DNA of 15,894 bases from Candidatus Latescibacterota bacterium (GCA_038279365.1 JAYODI010000046.1:28361-44254), one strand, 5' to 3'. Shown: positions 1 to 7,557, counted from the stretch's first letter. Notes: generated by a model from the letters alone, not told the origin. Made by a program: numbers and translations.

Positions 1-9
1 TTTGTTGCG

Positions 10-1041
10 TTAGGGGATGAGGAGGTATTTTAGGCCTTGTTGTTGTTCGGCACCGTTAAAGGCTTGTTCCCATTCTTCGAGGGGGAGATGGTGGGAAACA
101 AATTGGGTGAGGTCGATGGTGTTTGTGATGACAAGGTCTAAGGCTTTGCGCCAGCTTGCCCAGTTTTGGGCAATAAAACCTTGCACGTGCAGTTGTTTGT
201 AGATGATTTTGCCCCAGTCTATTTGAATGGGATGATCGAGTAAGGCCACTTGGGTGAAGGTACCCAGTGGCCTTACTGCTTCGAGGCATTGGGTGATGGC
301 ACCTGCTGAACCTGCACAGTCAATGACAATGTCGGCACCGTGACCGTTGGTGAGGTCACGGACATATTGAACGGGATCGGTTTGGTTGATGTTGAGCGTG
401 TGTGCAATGCCGAGTTCTTTGGCTTTTTCAAGACGCTCGGTGTCGCGCTCGGTGCCACATAGGATGACGTGACCACCCGATAATTGAGCCAATGTGGCGC
501 ACATAAGACCAATGGGGCCTGGGCCCGTGATGAAGATGGTGTCATTGGGCGATATGTGGGTGTTGAGGCTGATGGCTTTGACACAGCAGGCAAGGGGTTC
601 GACCAAGGCGGCGGCATCGTAAGAGATGGATTGGGGCAGTGGAAAAACAAGATTGCCGGGCACGACACAATATTCTGCAAAACCGCCATCTTGCATGCTG
701 CCAATGGATTTGCGGTGGGCGCAAAAGAAGTATTCGCCGACTTGGCAATATCGACAATGGCCACAGGCATTGTTGGCGGAAGGCATGATGGTGACGCGGT
801 CACCGAGTTTGATGTGCTGGACGTTTGCGCCTGTTTCGACAACGTCGCCAGAGATTTCGTGGCATAGGGTAACGGGTGGGTGAAAGCCATACCCGCCGTG
901 GCGAATGTGTAGGTCGGTTCCGCAAAGCCCACCGCGTTGAACGGCAATCTTGACATCGTGTGGATGTTGGATGTTTGGCTCTGGTATGTCGCATAGGGCG
1001 ATGTTGTCTGGGCCATTTTTGATTTTTCGAACTGCACGCAC
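10..1041 (-). CDS. Zinc-dependent medium-chain alcohol/polyol dehydrogenase (sorbitol/threonine dehydrogenase-like)
   Basis: 343 aa. Catalytic Zn motifs GLCGTD and CHE (GHE variant), structural Zn cluster CGHCRYC-x7-C, Rossmann GPGPIG. GTG start preceded by GGAG. Confidence 0.93.
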   Translation of the reverse strand: MRAVRKIKNGPDNIALCDIPEPNIQHPHDVKIAVQRGGLCGTDLHIRHGGYGFHPPVTLCHEISGDVVETGANVQHIKLGDRVTIMPSANNACGHCRYCQVGEYFFCAHRKSIGSMQDGGFAEYCVVPGNLVFPLPQSISYDAAALVEPLACCVKAISLNTHISPNDTIFITGPGPIGLMCATLAQLSGGHVILCGTERDTERLEKAKELGIAHTLNINQTDPVQYVRDLTNGHGADIVIDCAGSAGAITQCLEAVRPLGTFTQVALLDHPIQIDWGKIIYKQLHVQGFIAQNWASWRKALDLVITNTIDLTQFVSHHLPLEEWEQAFNGAEQQQGLKYLLIP

Positions 1042-1265
1042 GACGAGCTCCTTTTTGAGTCAGAAATCGCATCGGATATGAAGCTGAAGCAATATAGAAT
1101 GAGATGCTGTCAAAACCCAATGGATATTTATGGGTTTTGATATTGAGGGAGATCCAATGCCGTGGTGAAAGTGGAAATTGCTCTGTTGGGCAAATAATCA
1201 TATCTTTGGGCGTGATGTTTGATGGATTGGATTTGGTATTTGGGTATCTGTGATAAAGGGATTTT

Positions 1266-2033
1266 ATGGGAACGTATCAAGCTGTAATCTTGGCCGCGGG
1301 AATGGGTATTCGATTAGGTGCTGTGACCCAAAATGTACCTAAGGGGTTGGTTGAAGTGGGTGGAAAAACATTGATGGCACGTTCTGTTGAAAATTTGCGG
1401 GCGTTTGGGATTGATGACATTATTCTTGTGACTGGGCATAAGTCAGAATTGTATGAAGATTTTGCCAAAGACAAAGCGTATATCACACTTGTTCATAATG
1501 ATCAATATGCTGAGTCGGGAAATATGTATTAATTTTATTTGATGCGGGATTTTTTAAAGACGGATATTTTACTTTTGGAATCGGACGTGCTGTATGAAAA
1601 ACGCGCATTGGAGCGGTTGATGCAGGCTGGTTTTGAAGATGGGGTTTTGCTCTCGGGATATACGGGTGCAGGTGATGAAGTGTATGTATCGGCAACGGAT
1701 GGACGCGTAGATGGAATTTCGAAAAAACGAGAGACATTAAATCAAGTGGTGGGTGAGTGGGTGGGGATCTCTAAGCTTTCAGTGTCTTTACAACTGGCGA
1801 TGTTTGCTTGGGCCGAAAAGCGATTTCAAACCTCACTGTTTGGCGACTATGAATCGGATTGTATGGCCGAGGTTGCGCAACAGTATCCTATTGCATTTGA
1901 AAAAGTAGATGATTTGGTGTGGTCAGAAATGGATGACGCCCATCATTATGAGCGTATGACTCAAGTGGTTTTACCTTTGATGATACAGAACGATCAGATG
2001 TACTTTCCAAATCAAGGGACTTCTAAATCGTGA
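1266..2033 (+). pseudogene. NTP-transferase family cytidylyltransferase (PntC/LicC-like) interrupted by a single in-frame TAA at 1530-1532
   Basis: ORFs 1266..1532 and 1539..2033 share a frame and join into ~255 codons (..ESGNMY*FYLMRDF..). N-terminal ILAAGMGIRL...PK signature, then LLLESD, GDEVY, GEWVGISKL and VWSEMDD. May be a true nonsense mutation or a sequencing error. Confidence 0.85.
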
Positions 2034-2071
2034 TGGTGTGGTCAAAATAGAGCAATAGGAAATTTCAACAT

Positions 2072-2767
2072 ATGAGTAAAAAAACAAAATCTATTTCGAG
2101 TTCTAATGAAGACTTTATTGATCATTTGACGTATGGCACGTATGCAAAGGTGGCGGCTTATATTCCGCATTGGATCACGCCGAATCAATTGACTTGGGCA
2201 AACTTTGTTTGTGCGATGATTGCGTGCTGGGGATTGATTTTGGTGGAGGCCAATTGGATTTTACCTGTTTCAGCACTCTTTTTGTATTTGTTCACCTTTT
2301 TTGATGCATTGGATGGGATTCACGCGCGTTTGTCGGGGCAGTTGAGCAAGTTTGGTCATTTTCCCGACCATTTTTTAGATGGATTTACGTGGTTGTTTTT
2401 GTATTTCGCGGTGATCGTACATTTTTCACTTTGGTCACCGTTTCTTATTTTTTTATTGATGTTGCGGATGTTGATGCAATCATTTGCCTATCTGACCGAG
2501 AGTGTGACTGGGCATTTGCATTTGCCACGATTGGGGCCCACGTGTGAGGTGATGGGGTATTGCGCAGGGTTTGTGGTGACATTTTTCTATCCCGAAAATT
2601 TTTCCATTTCGTTTTTACATGATGTGCCTTATGTGTCTGATTTTTTAGCGCGAAATGATTTGTTAGAACTCACCGTGATGAAGGTGCTTCTTTTGGGATA
2701 TATTGTGGGTTTGCCTCCTGCGATTTTGAACTTTTATCAACAGGCGTATCTGACGACCAAGGGTTAA
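2072..2767 (+). CDS. CDP-alcohol phosphatidyltransferase family membrane protein (choline/ethanolamine phosphotransferase-like)
   Basis: Signature D-x2-DG-x2-AR-x8-G-x3-D-x3-D (DALDGIHARLSGQLSKFGHFPDHFLD), upstream WITPNQLT motif, several hydrophobic segments. AGGA upstream of the ATG. Confidence 0.9.
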   Translation: MSKKTKSISSSNEDFIDHLTYGTYAKVAAYIPHWITPNQLTWANFVCAMIACWGLILVEANWILPVSALFLYLFTFFDALDGIHARLSGQLSKFGHFPDHFLDGFTWLFLYFAVIVHFSLWSPFLIFLLMLRMLMQSFAYLTESVTGHLHLPRLGPTCEVMGYCAGFVVTFFYPENFSISFLHDVPYVSDFLARNDLLELTVMKVLLLGYIVGLPPAILNFYQQAYLTTKG

Positions 2768-2845
2768 GGGTGAGTAATGTGTCCCGAAATCCTTTGGACT
2801 GGTGATGTGTTTTTATGTGCTTAATTGTATTAAGGGGTGCGAGAT

Positions 2846-3904
2846 ATGAAACGTATGTGGCAGCATTTGTTGCTGATTGGCATTTTGGTTGTGTCTGGTG
2901 GTGTTTGGGCTGAGTTGCCGCCTGCACCAGAAGGGGCATTTAGCTTGGTGGTGATTCCCGATACACAGCATTATAAAGGTAAGGGAACAAAAGCCGAGCC
3001 AGAGAGTGTTGATTTGGTGACCAATTCGGTTTTTGAGGCTTATACCGGATGGGTGTCCGACCACCTTGAAGATCAGCGTGTTGTTTTTGTCAGTCATGTG
3101 GGCGATATTGTCGATAAAAATGTGCCCGAGCAATGGGCCGTGGCGCGCACACAAATGGATCGGTTACATGGGCAGATACCTTATGGTATTTCTGTGGGGA
3201 ATCACGATTTAAAATCCAATGGAGATTCGTCTCTGTTTCAAAAGTATTTTCCTGCATCTCGTTTTGAAAGTTTTGATTGGTATGGCGGTTTTTTTAAAAA
3301 GAAAAAAGGTGAGGCGGCTGTTTCGGGGAACAATGCCAACAGTTTTCAATTGTTTTCTGCTGGTGGGATGGATTTTGTGTTTTTGCATTTGGAATGCAAC
3401 GCGCCGGATGATGTGTTGACCTGGGCAGATGGGGTATTGGAACGGTATAAAGATCGGAAGGCGTTGATTACAACGCATATGTATTTGGGGCCGTTGAACA
3501 AACCCAAAGAGGGGCAGGGATATTTTGATGACCCGAAGGGGCGCATGCAGTGGACAAAACGGCATGAGAAACGGGGAAATTCACCACAACAAATGTGGGA
3601 CAAATGTTTTCGGAAACACGCCAATTTGATGGCAATATTTTGTGGCGATCAGAGTCGCACACAAAGTATGTACTCGGTAGCGCAAGGCGATCACGGCAAT
3701 TTGGTGCATGAATTGTTGTCGGATTATGGCAGTGAAGGGTTGCGCGTGTATCGGTTTTTTCCTGCCGCGTGCAGAATTGAAGTGATAACCTATAATCCCA
3801 TATCTGAGGCATTGTGCTCTGGCACACGGATTGTGCCAGAGCGTGGACGGCATCAGTTTGTGATACAGACACATCTTATGGGTACCACATGTGGTCATGA
3901 GTAA
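2846..3904 (+). CDS. Exported calcineurin-like metallophosphoesterase
   Basis: Motifs PDTQH, HVGDIVD, VGNHD, TTH. Sec-type signal peptide MKRMWQHLLLIGILVVSGGVWA. ATG 2846 preferred over GTG 2837 (AAGGGG upstream). Confidence 0.85.
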   Translation: MKRMWQHLLLIGILVVSGGVWAELPPAPEGAFSLVVIPDTQHYKGKGTKAEPESVDLVTNSVFEAYTGWVSDHLEDQRVVFVSHVGDIVDKNVPEQWAVARTQMDRLHGQIPYGISVGNHDLKSNGDSSLFQKYFPASRFESFDWYGGFFKKKKGEAAVSGNNANSFQLFSAGGMDFVFLHLECNAPDDVLTWADGVLERYKDRKALITTHMYLGPLNKPKEGQGYFDDPKGRMQWTKRHEKRGNSPQQMWDKCFRKHANLMAIFCGDQSRTQSMYSVAQGDHGNLVHELLSDYGSEGLRVYRFFPAACRIEVITYNPISEALCSGTRIVPERGRHQFVIQTHLMGTTCGHE

Positions 3905-3914
3905 TTGATGATCT

Positions 3915-3968
3915 AAAAAATGCCCTCAGATAGGGTGCACGAGCACCTCAATCTTTGGGCATTTTTTT
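3915..3968. terminator. Probable bidirectional intrinsic terminator between convergent genes
   Basis: AAAAAATGCCC (3915-3925) pairs with GGGCATTTTTT (3957-3967), with inner AGAT/ATCT and GGTGC/GCACC pairs. A and T tails on both sides. Lies between convergent stops at 3904 and 4008. Confidence 0.75.
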
Positions 3969-4007
3969 ATTGCTGGGTTTAATGGGTATTTTAAGTCATG
4001 ATCCTGT

Positions 4008-4907
4008 TTATAACTTTTGTTCCTCTGCCAACAACACATCCATCATTTGATGTACGCGTGGAATATCTTTTTCGGCAACGTCTTCTACAAATGGAATGAC
4101 AGGGCCGCCAGCAAGGTTGGCATATTCTAAGGCGGTGTGTAAGGCGGCAGCACTGTATCGCCCATTGCCTTCGGCTCGAAAGTCTTCAAATGGCACCATG
4201 AGGTCTCGCAATCGCTGGGCCTCTTTTTTATTGCCTGCAAAATATTGTTTGTGGATGTTCAAACTTATTTTGGGCACGAAGTTGGCCATGCCTGAACTGA
4301 AGCCAACGGCACCGTGGTTCATGAAATCGATACACGGGTCTTCGGCCAAGCCACAGGTGAGGGCGGCGTGTTGACCTGCACGGTCTCTAATTTTGTCAAA
4401 GGCATTAAAATCGCTCACCGCATATTTTAACCCGACAACTTCATCCAATTCACAAAGCTTGGCTACAGAATCAGCGGGCATGATGTCTAAACGACGTTGG
4501 TAAAGTATGATAGGCAGACCGACGGATTTGCTGATGTGTTTGAGGCCATTGAATGTCCCTTGGGCTGATGCAGGACCAACAATGGGCATGATCATCACAC
4601 CATCTACATTGAGCGATTTGGCAATTTGACCCATTTCAAGAGAGCGGCCATACCCTGGGCCAATGCCGGGCACGATGACCGCCTTGCCATTTGCAGCGTC
4701 TTGGAATGCACCGACCACTGTTTCGAATTCGGATAATGTTGAATCGTAGACCAAACCCGTTCCACATTGAGGCATGATAAAATCAACGCCATTTTCGATG
4801 AGGAAGTGCACATTCTTTTGAATGCCTTCCAAATCGACTTGTAGATTTTCTTTTCGTGGTGTGGTGGCAACGACTAAGACGGTGTGACAAGATTTTTGGG
4901 TAATCAT
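4008..4907 (-). CDS. Dihydrodipicolinate synthase family class I aldolase/dehydratase (KdgD-like)
   Basis: 299 aa. TTP start motif, CGTG loop, catalytic Tyr in ILYQR, Schiff-base Lys in VVGLKYA, GFSSGMANF. Confidence 0.85.
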   Translation of the reverse strand: MITQKSCHTVLVVATTPRKENLQVDLEGIQKNVHFLIENGVDFIMPQCGTGLVYDSTLSEFETVVGAFQDAANGKAVIVPGIGPGYGRSLEMGQIAKSLNVDGVMIMPIVGPASAQGTFNGLKHISKSVGLPIILYQRRLDIMPADSVAKLCELDEVVGLKYAVSDFNAFDKIRDRAGQHAALTCGLAEDPCIDFMNHGAVGFSSGMANFVPKISLNIHKQYFAGNKKEAQRLRDLMVPFEDFRAEGNGRYSAAALHTALEYANLAGGPVIPFVEDVAEKDIPRVHQMMDVLLAEEQKL

Positions 4908-5001
4908 AAAGACCTCTTTAAAGTTAAAATATTTTCTGAGGGTTTAATTTTAGGTTTCGATGAGCCATGTGTCGATGTTTGCTGAGAATGAAGATGTGTT
5001 G

Positions 5002-5994
5002 TTATTTGATCTTCATGTCTTGAACGGCTTGCACAACATCTTTTACAGTGGGTATGGTTGCATCTTCAAGGGGTTTGCTAAATGGAATGGGCACATCCAT
5101 TGCGCCTAAGCGCACAATGGGCGCGTCGATATAATCAAAAGCACCTTGATAGACGACCGATGCCAATTCGCCTGTGATGCCATAACCGCGATGGCCTTCG
5201 TCGATGATGACAGCGCGGGTGGTTTTGATGACCGATTGAATGAGGGTTTCTGTGTCAAGTGGGACTAAGGTGCGCGGGTCTACAACTTCGGCATGGATGC
5301 CTTGTTCGGCCAAGTGGTCGGCGGCTTGAAGGGCAACGTGTACCATGCTGGATGTGGCAATGAGGGTAACATCATCCCCTTCGCGTTTGATGTCGGCTTG
5401 GCCAAGTGGAATGGTAAAGTCTTCATCTGTGGGCACCATGCCTTTGAGGGTGTACATCATTTTGTCTTCGTAGATCACCACGGGGTTGTTGTCGCGCACG
5501 GCGCTTTTGAAGAGGCCTTTGGCATCGGCGGGTGTGGAGGGTATAACCACTTTGAGACCTGGGATATGTGCCAACCAGGCATGTAAGCTTTGTGAGTGCT
5601 GGGCGGCAGAAGATCGCCCTGCACCGAGGGTGGTACGAATGGTCAATGGCACGCTGGCCTGACCGCCCGACATGTAACAGAGCTTGGCGGCTTGGTTAAC
5701 AATTTGGTCCATGGCGAGGGTGATAAAGTCGCCAAACATCACATCCACAATGGGTCGCATGCCCGTGAGGGCCGCACCGACACCAAGCCCCACCAAACCG
5801 GCTTCGGCAATGGGGGTATCGATGATGCGGTCGGGGCCAAATTCGTCGTAGAGACCGGTGAGCACTTTGAAGACGGTGCCTGCTGGGCCCACGTCTTCGC
5901 CCATGAGAAACACATTGGGGTCACGGCGTAATTCTTCGGCGATGGCTTCTTTAACGGCTTCGCCAAAGGTCATTTCTTTTTCAGACGTAGACAT
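5002..5994 (-). CDS. acoB: TPP-dependent acetoin/pyruvate dehydrogenase E1 beta subunit
   Basis: MGEDV, DTPIAE, DQIVNQAAK, AAQHSQ and EVVDPRTLVPLD are typical E1 beta motifs. Overlaps E1 alpha by 14 nt. Substrate is not certain. Confidence 0.93.
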   Translation of the reverse strand: MSTSEKEMTFGEAVKEAIAEELRRDPNVFLMGEDVGPAGTVFKVLTGLYDEFGPDRIIDTPIAEAGLVGLGVGAALTGMRPIVDVMFGDFITLAMDQIVNQAAKLCYMSGGQASVPLTIRTTLGAGRSSAAQHSQSLHAWLAHIPGLKVVIPSTPADAKGLFKSAVRDNNPVVIYEDKMMYTLKGMVPTDEDFTIPLGQADIKREGDDVTLIATSSMVHVALQAADHLAEQGIHAEVVDPRTLVPLDTETLIQSVIKTTRAVIIDEGHRGYGITGELASVVYQGAFDYIDAPIVRLGAMDVPIPFSKPLEDATIPTVKDVVQAVQDMKIK

Positions 5995-6943
5995 GCTGGT
6001 TCACCTCCGAAACGTCGGGATAGTCGGCTTTTTTGGCGGCTTCAACGGCATTGGCAACTTCGCTTTCCACTTCGCGCACTTCGGCGTCGAGCTCGGCTTC
6101 GGAGGCCAGTTTTTCGGTTTTCATTTTTTCACGTAGGCGATTAATGGGGTCTTTGGCGAGCCACTCATCGCGTTCTTCTTGTGGGCGATACGATTCACCT
6201 GGGTCGCCTACGTGGTGACCTCGATAGCGATAGGTGTCGCATTCGATGAGGGTGGGGCCACCGCCTGATCGGGCACGTTCAACGGCTTGGGCGGTGGCTT
6301 CATAAACGGCAATGGCGTCACTGCCATCGACTTGGGCCGATGGAATGCCAAAGGGTGTGGCACGGTCGGCAATGCATTTGCCTGCGGTGACACTTTGGGT
6401 GGCGGTGAATTCGCCATAGTGATTGTTTTCGCACAGATAAATGATGGGCAATTGCCAGATGGCAGCAAAGTTCATGGTTTCGAAGAAGATGCCTTGGTTG
6501 GAAGCGCCATCGCCGAAGAAACAAACAGCGACTTGGTCGGTGCCTCGTTTTTTGGCGGAGAGGGCAGCACCCGTGGCGATGCCAAAACCACCGCCGACAA
6601 TGCCGTTTGCACCGAGGATGCCCACGGACATGTCGGCAATGTGCATGGAGCCGCCTTTGCCACGGCAATGGCCCGTGACACGACCCATCACTTCGGCCAT
6701 CATGTATTCGAGGTTGCCGCCTTTGGCAACGCAGTGGCCGTGGCCTCGGTGGGTGCTGGTGATGTAGTCGTCGTCGCGCAGGGCGGTGCAGGCACCAACG
6801 GCAACGGCTTCTTCGCCGATGTAGAGGTGGGCGAGGCCGTGCATGAGACCGCCGGTATAGACTTCGTAGATTTGTTCTTCGAAGCGGCGGATGCGGAGCA
6901 TGTTGCGGTACATTTTTAGAAGGATTTCTGGGGGTAGGGGCAT
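5981..6943 (-). CDS. acoA: TPP-dependent acetoin/pyruvate dehydrogenase E1 alpha subunit
   Basis: HLYIGEEA, STHRGHGH, GKGGSMH, TPP motif GDGA...ENN, YRYRGHH. AAGGA RBS. Confidence 0.93.
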   Translation of the reverse strand: MPLPPEILLKMYRNMLRIRRFEEQIYEVYTGGLMHGLAHLYIGEEAVAVGACTALRDDDYITSTHRGHGHCVAKGGNLEYMMAEVMGRVTGHCRGKGGSMHIADMSVGILGANGIVGGGFGIATGAALSAKKRGTDQVAVCFFGDGASNQGIFFETMNFAAIWQLPIIYLCENNHYGEFTATQSVTAGKCIADRATPFGIPSAQVDGSDAIAVYEATAQAVERARSGGGPTLIECDTYRYRGHHVGDPGESYRPQEERDEWLAKDPINRLREKMKTEKLASEAELDAEVREVESEVANAVEAAKKADYPDVSEVNQHVYV

Positions 6944-7012
6944 GGATTGGGTTCCTTTGTTTGGTGCGGGTTATGCGGTTTGATGGTCATCTTTATTGTT
7001 TTGGTTTTGTTC

Positions 7013-7494
7013 TGCCTACGGCGTCATACTTTTCTTGAACACCCAAGAAAAGTATGCAAAAGAAGGGTGCCACTGCGTGGGGCTTAAATTTTGTTTCGTT
7101 GTATTTACGAGCGTCAACCACCCTCACCAGCCCGTGTGGTTCCCGCCCATCCACGTGTTCCACACGCCCCTTCCCCTCCCACCCATCACCGCCCATCCAA
7201 CCACACAACGGCCCACCCCACCCGCGGGCGAAGTTGAAGTTTTGGTGTATTGATTTTACACCCCACCAAAAACACCACAAAAATCACAACCCCGATCACG
7301 TAAAGCGATCGTGATTTTCCGCGTGATCCCGTTCAGCTATTTGCTTTGTAAAAGCGATGAACGGTTTAGGCTATATTATATTGGTGTACCCACTGTGGGT
7401 ATTTGCGGAAAATCAGCCTTCCCGGCACCTGAGGGACGGCTTTTTTTGCTTACTTTTTTTAGCTGTTGAAAAAAAGTAAGTCGTGCCGAAGGCA
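7013..7494. mobile_element. Non-coding ~480 bp structured element with ~55 bp imperfect terminal inverted repeats (MITE-like or structured ncRNA; family not identified)
   Basis: Left end TGCCTACGGC-GTCATACTTTTCTTGAACACCCAAGAAAAGTATGCAAAAGAAG aligns with the reverse complement of the right end TGCCTTCGGC-AC-GACTTACTTTTTTTCAACAGCTAAAAAAAGTAAGCAAAAAAAG (34/43 in the core, with compensatory changes). No credible ORF inside. Splits the E2 and E1 alpha genes. Mobility is inferred. Confidence 0.6.
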
Positions 7495-7557
7495 AACCAA
7501 GATAAAATCTAAAATAAAACCTGCTTTCATGCAGTGTCTATCAAATAAAAGCTCCTC

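Noticed and set aside
1530-1532. Stop-codon reassignment or selenocysteine/pyrrolysine readthrough
   Set aside because: The codon is TAA, which terminates several other genes in the window. A single-base change from TCA explains it.
6287-6919. Long antisense or alternate-frame ORFs (6287..6919+, 273..1037-, 7527..8132-, 15016..15549+ and others)
   Set aside because: Shadow ORFs overlapping well-supported enzyme genes, with no recognisable motifs.
6993-7314. ORFs 6993..7280(-), 6996..7253(+) and 7054..7314(+) inside the intergenic element
   Set aside because: Low-complexity Pro/His- or Gly/Trp-rich translations of the C-rich tract, with no domain motifs and no transposase signature.
7435-7481. 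Plain rho-independent terminator as the full explanation of the T-rich hairpin
   Set aside because: The stem is A/U-rich, the U-run precedes the hairpin on the plus strand, and an inverted covarying twin exists at 7025-7071. A terminator role is not excluded but does not explain the pattern.
7013-7494. Known riboswitch (e.g. TPP) or tRNA upstream of E1 alpha
   Set aside because: No TPP-riboswitch core (CUGAGA ... CCUGA ... AUnCnnGCGnAGG) on the minus strand and no tRNA cloverleaf recognised. An Rfam search is still needed.
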